A DNA stretch of 64,000 bases from Marsupella aquatica (taxonomy: Eukaryota; Plantae; Marchantiophyta): the NCBI GenBank assembly GCA_973895155.1, contig OZ316895.1, forward strand, positions 4,265,659-4,329,658. The letters are read 5' to 3'. Position numbers and translations under genes: made by a program. Positions 62,641 through 64,000 of the stretch are shown in pieces. Positions within the stretch are counted from its first letter, which is position 1; every line of letters starts with the position of its first letter. Below the pieces are notes generated by a model. That model did no database searches. It was not told the origin of the DNA and saw nothing but the letters and a program-made list of their open reading frames with translations.

Positions 62641-63660
62641 ATGTCCACGGGAACACAAGAGTTAACTTCACCTGGGCTGCACTAGGCTGGTTGGCCATAT
62701 CAAGTCTTCGCAGCACAAGCTCTTCTTATCTCTCAAGCACCTTCGTAACATAGCCTCAGGTTAGCCTAACTACAATTACATGCAATCATAATTATAGATT
62801 GGAGAGTAAATGCCTAGCTTAACATGATTGGACATCACTTATGCACTTCTCCATATGTGCATGATTTGCACTATCTAATAAGTGCATGGGAACTTATTGA
62901 TCATCAAAGTGCATCCAAAACTACTCTTTAGGCCTATTTTCTAGAGTGAAACCTCTAGGCTGGGACTCCAACTGAGGGCATAACTGAAAGTGAGGGTGTC
63001 TTGCCTCTAGACCGTGACTCCAATTGAGGACCTGACTGAAAGTGTTGGGGCATGCCAAAAACAGGTATGGGGGCACAGGTGATTGGGGCAAAGGTGAACA
63101 GGAAAGAGCATAGATTTTTTTCCTGCAAGATTAGTGTAATTCAGGCTAGTAAGTATCCCATTGCAATCAAAAGCTACTGGCTTGGCCTAATGCCCGCTAT
63201 AGTGAGGCATTTAGACCCTGAGCGTAACTAAGGGCATAACTCAAAGTGAGGTTGCAGAAAAAAACAAAGGAGGGGGCTACATAAACAGAACCAGAATTAG
63301 CCAGGAATCATTTTTTTGCAAGGTACATTTTAGTGCTTACCTCTACTTAAGTTATTCGAGGATCGCATAATCAAGGCTAGCATATACTTAATGACTGTTG
63401 TTGAGAAAGACTCAGAAAATGGCCTCCAGAACACAAAAGGAAAACCAATTGGCTTAGGTCAATTGGCTAGGGGATTAGCCTGGAACTTAAATGTCCCAAG
63501 TTCAATCCCCACTCCACACATAGGGGTGTGGAGGGTACGTATATGTGTGGGTGGAATGGGTTTTGTGGGTGTTGGATGGGAGTTCTGATTATCTCCTTGG
63601 CCCCTGGTTACCCACTTTTTGACCCCGATTTAATACTCTCTCTCTCTCTCTTGGGCTCAC

Positions 63661-63965
63661 CCTGAAATGGGTTCACTATAAAGCATGTATGTCACTATTG
63701 GGGTGGGGAGAGTCTACGTGAGTGTTGTTCCTCATTTCCTTTCAATGCCAACCCAAAAAAACACCTGAAATGGGTTCCCTACAAAGAAGAATGTATGTCA
63801 CTCTTGGGCTTGGGAGAGTCTACTAAGTGAATGTTGTTCCTCATTTCCTTTGAATACAAAAAAAACAACACACCCTGAAATGTGTTCCCTACAAAGAAGA
63901 ATGTATGTCACTATTGGGTTGGGGAGAGTCTACTAAGTGAGTGGTGTTCCTCATTTCCTTTCAAT
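63661..63965. repeat. 3 x ~105-bp tandem repeat
   Basis: CCTGAAATG.GTTC...ATGTATGTCACT.TTGGG...GGGAGAGTCTAC...TGTTCCTCATTTCCTTT starts at about 63661, 63764 and 63874. Confidence 0.88.
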
Positions 63966-64000
63966 ACACAAAAGGCTGTTCCTTGTTTCCTTTCAATACC

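Overview
Repeat-rich land-plant nuclear DNA with spliceosomal introns, a class III peroxidase and plant-type TEs; a bryophyte/liverwort source is plausible but unproven. All family assignments are from motif recognition by eye; no database search was run. Bases 1-12353 are the right part of a large DNA transposon ending in a CACTA-type terminus. It carries a frameshifted transposase on + (three TnpA/Tnp1-like repeats fused to a DUF7869/Sola-like catalytic core) and, divergently on -, a five-exon gene of at least 1637 aa. That gene joins a ParB-like domain, a degenerate bacterial-type N4C/N6A methyltransferase fold and an FCP1/NIF HAD-phosphatase domain; the last is missing from the ORF track. 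Arrays of one CG-containing palindrome lie in two introns of that gene and upstream of the transposase. This module is the best candidate for an undescribed system. The rest of the window holds an LTR element interrupted by that transposon, Helitron-like elements, a near-complete Bianca-like Ty1/copia (110-bp LTRs, TSD GTTAC) with a nested TIR element, a duplicated unknown locus, an intact class III peroxidase, a full-length L1 LINE with a 13-bp TSD, two paralogous secreted proteins of unknown family, and a solo LTR nested in an older related LTR.
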